14,683 bases of DNA from Thermotogota bacterium. Lineage in GTDB: Bacteria > Bipolaricaulota > Bipolaricaulia > UBA7950 > UBA9294. Both the position numbers and the translations under genes were made by a program. Positions 12,596-14,683 of this stretch are shown here, in pieces. The first letter of the stretch is position 1, and every line of letters begins with the position of its first letter. The notes beneath the pieces are model-generated. The model was not told where the DNA came from, ran no database searches, and worked only from the letters and a program-made list of their open reading frames with translations. Location: positions 1 through 14,683 of the forward strand of contig JBDKUT010000056.1 in the NCBI GenBank assembly GCA_039679545.1, given 5' to 3'.

Positions 12596-14287
12596 TCACC
12601 TCTCTGCATCGCCCGACGCCCGCAGGAAGCGAAGGTCCTCGCGACCGCCGCGGTAGACGAAGGAACGGATGGCGTCGTTCTTCCGGATGAAGCGCAACTC
12701 GACCAGGTCGACGTACGGGTCGCGGGACCAGAAGTAGTCGCGAACCGTCGGGGCGTAGTCGAGGTCCATCGAAGGCCGCCGCGGGTCGCGGTTCGTGAGC
12801 CGAATTCCGCTCTCGGTCGCCTCCACGACGAACGTCGTAGCCAGTTCCTGGCAGGAGTACTCGCCCTCGTACTCCCGGAACACCTCGCGGCCTCTCGCGG
12901 TGGAGAACGGCTCGAATCGGCCGGCGGCGCCGCCGGCCCGCCGCACCCCGATCGACGGTTGCTCTCCTTCGCGGGGGGAGACGACGACCGTCCATTCCCC
13001 GTCAAGGCTTTGCAGCGTCGTCGAGTCAACCCAATCCAGATCGGCGGGACGTCCGCCCGAGATCACGAGGGCGGGACCGCCCTCGCGCTGGACAAGCTCG
13101 ACGTGCGAGCCCGGCGTCGAAGGGTCCAGGTATCGGCCCAGGAGGTGCTTCCACGGCCGTGTCGGAGGCGCCACGCGGCGGGCCGACGGCTTCGGCGCGG
13201 CGGTCCCGTCTTCTCCGATCCCGAGCGCGTCGAGCACCGCGTCCCGCAGGTCCCACGCGCCGAGGTTGTCGCGGTTCGAGAGGGCGACGATCTCGAGCTC
13301 GTCGTCGGGGAGCACGGCGACGGACGCGCTGTAGCCCCAGATGCTGCCGTCATGACCGATGAACCGTCTTCCGCGGTACGTCCCCACGTTCAACCCATAG
13401 CCGTACCCGAAACCGTCGCTTCGCACGCGCGGCGCTCGTAGGACGCGCTCGCGCATCGTCTCGGCCGAGACAAGCAACGGGAACAGGGTGTGCTTCGCGA
13501 GGAGCGCAAGGTCGTGGGCGCTTGTGCACAACCCCTCTGCGCCGACGTGGTCGTAGTCGAGGCACACCGGCTGGAACGCTGTGCGCGGCGAGTCGATCTC
13601 TCGCAACTTGTACGGACTCTCGAAGTCGATCGCGTAGTTGACGTAGCCTTCGGCCCTCTTGCGCTCGCGACTCGGCAGATCGGTGAAGTACGAGTCTCGC
13701 ATCCCCAGCCGATCGAGGATCCGCGACTGGGCGAACACCCCGAAGCGCTTGCCGGTGATGCGCTCGACGATCCGTGCGAGGAGGAAGTAGTTCGAGTCAC
13801 AGTACTGGTACTGGGACCCTGGCTCGAACGACAGGCTACCGACGCGGCACAACGCTTCGAACACTTCGTCGGGCGACGGTGAGAGGCGCGGATGCCATCC
13901 GGCTCGGTAGTAGAGGAGTCCGAAGTAGTTGCGCAGTCCGCTCTCCTGGCAGAGCAGGTGTTCGAGCCGCAACGGGTCCCCGTACGCCGGGAACTCCGGG
14001 AGAACATCACGCAAGCGCGTCGCCGGGGAGAGCGCGCCTTCTTCCTCGAGGATCGCCACGGCCAGACCGGTCACGATCTTCGTCACCGACCCCGCGTCCA
14101 CGGCCGCGTGGAGCGTGAGCGACTCTCCCGAATCGAGCGAGGCGACGCCGCGGGCTGCGGAGGCGAGCTGTTCTCCGCGCGAAGAGACAAGGACCACGCC
14201 TCCGGGTTCGTCGACTTCAATCGGCGTGAGGAGCTTCTCGTAGGCTTCGGCGACGGCCCGCTCGGCGACAGCGCGCGATAGGTTCAT
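12596..14287 (-). CDS. Serine hydrolase, beta-lactamase/D-aminopeptidase-like family, with C-terminal extra domains
   Basis: PGGVVLV, GSVTK (SxxK), FEPGSQYQYCDSNY, YGYGL and HDG motifs. About 190 aa C-terminal extension with GRY and GEYSCQEL segments. SD GGAGG before ATG 14287. No signal peptide. Confidence 0.88.
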   Translation of the reverse strand: MNLSRAVAERAVAEAYEKLLTPIEVDEPGGVVLVSSRGEQLASAARGVASLDSGESLTLHAAVDAGSVTKIVTGLAVAILEEEGALSPATRLRDVLPEFPAYGDPLRLEHLLCQESGLRNYFGLLYYRAGWHPRLSPSPDEVFEALCRVGSLSFEPGSQYQYCDSNYFLLARIVERITGKRFGVFAQSRILDRLGMRDSYFTDLPSRERKRAEGYVNYAIDFESPYKLREIDSPRTAFQPVCLDYDHVGAEGLCTSAHDLALLAKHTLFPLLVSAETMRERVLRAPRVRSDGFGYGYGLNVGTYRGRRFIGHDGSIWGYSASVAVLPDDELEIVALSNRDNLGAWDLRDAVLDALGIGEDGTAAPKPSARRVAPPTRPWKHLLGRYLDPSTPGSHVELVQREGGPALVISGGRPADLDWVDSTTLQSLDGEWTVVVSPREGEQPSIGVRRAGGAAGRFEPFSTARGREVFREYEGEYSCQELATTFVVEATESGIRLTNRDPRRPSMDLDYAPTVRDYFWSRDPYVDLVELRFIRKNDAIRSFVYRGGREDLRFLRASGDAER

Positions 14288-14427
14288 GTGCGCCCTCCAT
14301 AGCGGCCCAGGGAGTTTCCCCGCGGAGGTGAGAACTCTCACGAGCGCTGTCGTCCCGGCCGGCGCTACCTCCGCAGAACGCTACCGATTCTCGGGGACGA
14401 TCCTCACAGCCGCAACCCCCGTACAGC
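14288..14427 (-). ncRNA. Candidate structured 5' leader (translational switch) of the serine hydrolase gene
   Basis: Mutually exclusive pairings: ACCUCCGC(GG) pairs either with upstream GCGGAGGU or with the CCGC...GGAGG SD. Additional local hairpins are present. See findings. Confidence 0.35.
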
Positions 14428-14442
14428 CCGAAAAGGATGTCG

Positions 14443-14482
14443 AGAGAAAGAGAACGGGGAGCGCGGCGTGCCGCGCTCCCCG
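14443..14482 (-). terminator. Intrinsic (rho-independent) terminator
   Basis: Perfect 12-bp stem CGGGGAGCGCGG-N4-CCGCGCTCCCCG (14455-14482) followed on the minus strand by UUCUCUUUCUCU, 27 nt after stop 14510. Confidence 0.85.
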
Positions 14483-14509
14483 CATGTTTCGAACTCAGAC
14501 GACCCGAGG

Positions 14510-14683
14510 CTAGGAGCCGCCGGGGGCCGCCGGGGTGATCGTCGTCGGTACCGGAGCCGGGGCCTCAGGGGCCACCGGCGCTTCCTCGCCGCCGCCGAGC
14601 AGGCCGCCGAGCGAGAACTCCGCCGACAACACCAGCGTGTTGCCAAGGTCCTCTTCGAGGACATACGCCGCGTCCACGTACAG
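14510..14683 (-). CDS. 3' end of a gene not in the ORF track; probable outer-membrane beta-barrel (PorV/PorQ-like C-terminus) with Pro/Ala-rich tail
   Basis: Manual translation: LYVDAAYVLEEDLGNTLVLSAEFSLGGLLGGGEEAPVAPEAPAPVPTTITPAAPGGS*. GC3-rich and followed by a terminator. The family call rests on only about 25 residues. Confidence 0.6.
   Translation of the reverse strand: MYVDAAYVLEEDLGNTLVLSAEFSLGGLLGGGEEAPVAPEAPAPVPTTITPAAPGGS

Noticed and set aside
11085..12656. 523-aa plus-strand ORF with apparent repeats (DVQVAVAV)
   Set aside because: Antisense to the FG-GAP gene. Its repeats simply mirror the DxDGDG codons.
12546..12995. N-terminal 150-aa extension of the FG-GAP ORF in the track
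   Set aside because: It overlaps the serine hydrolase in another frame. The SD and signal peptide place the start at GTG 12545. The duplicated CGACCTCCGG (12531-12540, 12550-12559) gives a second SD too close to ATG 12530.
14341..14368. SAH-riboswitch-like GAGCGCTG...CGGCGCT on the + strand
   Set aside because: It forms a simple hairpin without the intervening P2/CAGGC elements and is on the wrong strand for the adjacent gene.
1..14683. Integron cassette array (many small unrelated genes plus a TA module)
   Set aside because: Genes are in mixed orientation with their own promoters, and there is no integrase. The intergenic hairpins, including 9549-9579 with a bulged base, lack RYYYAAC...GTTRRRY ends and are not similar to each other.
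1..14683. Taxonomic assignment (gene style reminiscent of Bipolaricaulota or similar uncultured GC-rich anaerobes)
   Set aside because: No marker gene in the window. This is an impression only and would need homology searches.
1..14683. CRISPR array, tRNA, rRNA, IS element
   Set aside because: No regularly spaced repeats, cloverleaf, rRNA-like sequence, transposase or terminal inverted repeats with target duplication were seen.

Overview
GC-rich (roughly 65-70% by eye) bacterial accessory region of about 20 mostly unrelated genes in mixed orientation. It has no rRNA, tRNA, CRISPR array, transposase or integrase. In order it holds: a 5'-truncated cupin, a SnoaL/NTF2-like protein (copy 1), flavodoxin, a membrane protein, a BrnA/BrnT type II toxin-antitoxin pair with a palindromic operator, a CxxC peroxiredoxin-like protein, a cyclophilin-like fold protein, a secreted MBL-fold hydrolase, a secreted cysteine hydrolase, a small membrane protein, a PKD + six-YWTD-blade lipoprotein, a second secreted MBL hydrolase, SnoaL copy 2 (about 82% aa identical to copy 1), a PD40/TolB-like propeller, a DHA3-type MFS exporter, an Imm5-like protein, a 7-repeat FG-GAP/VCBS propeller, a beta-lactamase-family serine hydrolase, and the 3' end of a probable beta-barrel protein with its terminator. 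The most interesting signals are non-coding: (i) a two-state anti-SD/anti-anti-SD leader with partial TPP-riboswitch resemblance upstream of the serine hydrolase, (ii) a 22-bp motif conserved at the same distance upstream of both SnoaL paralogs, and (iii) a multi-hairpin region with switchable pairing plus a 21-bp-period direct repeat at 5220-5360. All family calls come from motif recognition by eye, not database searches. I cannot claim a confirmed novel system.
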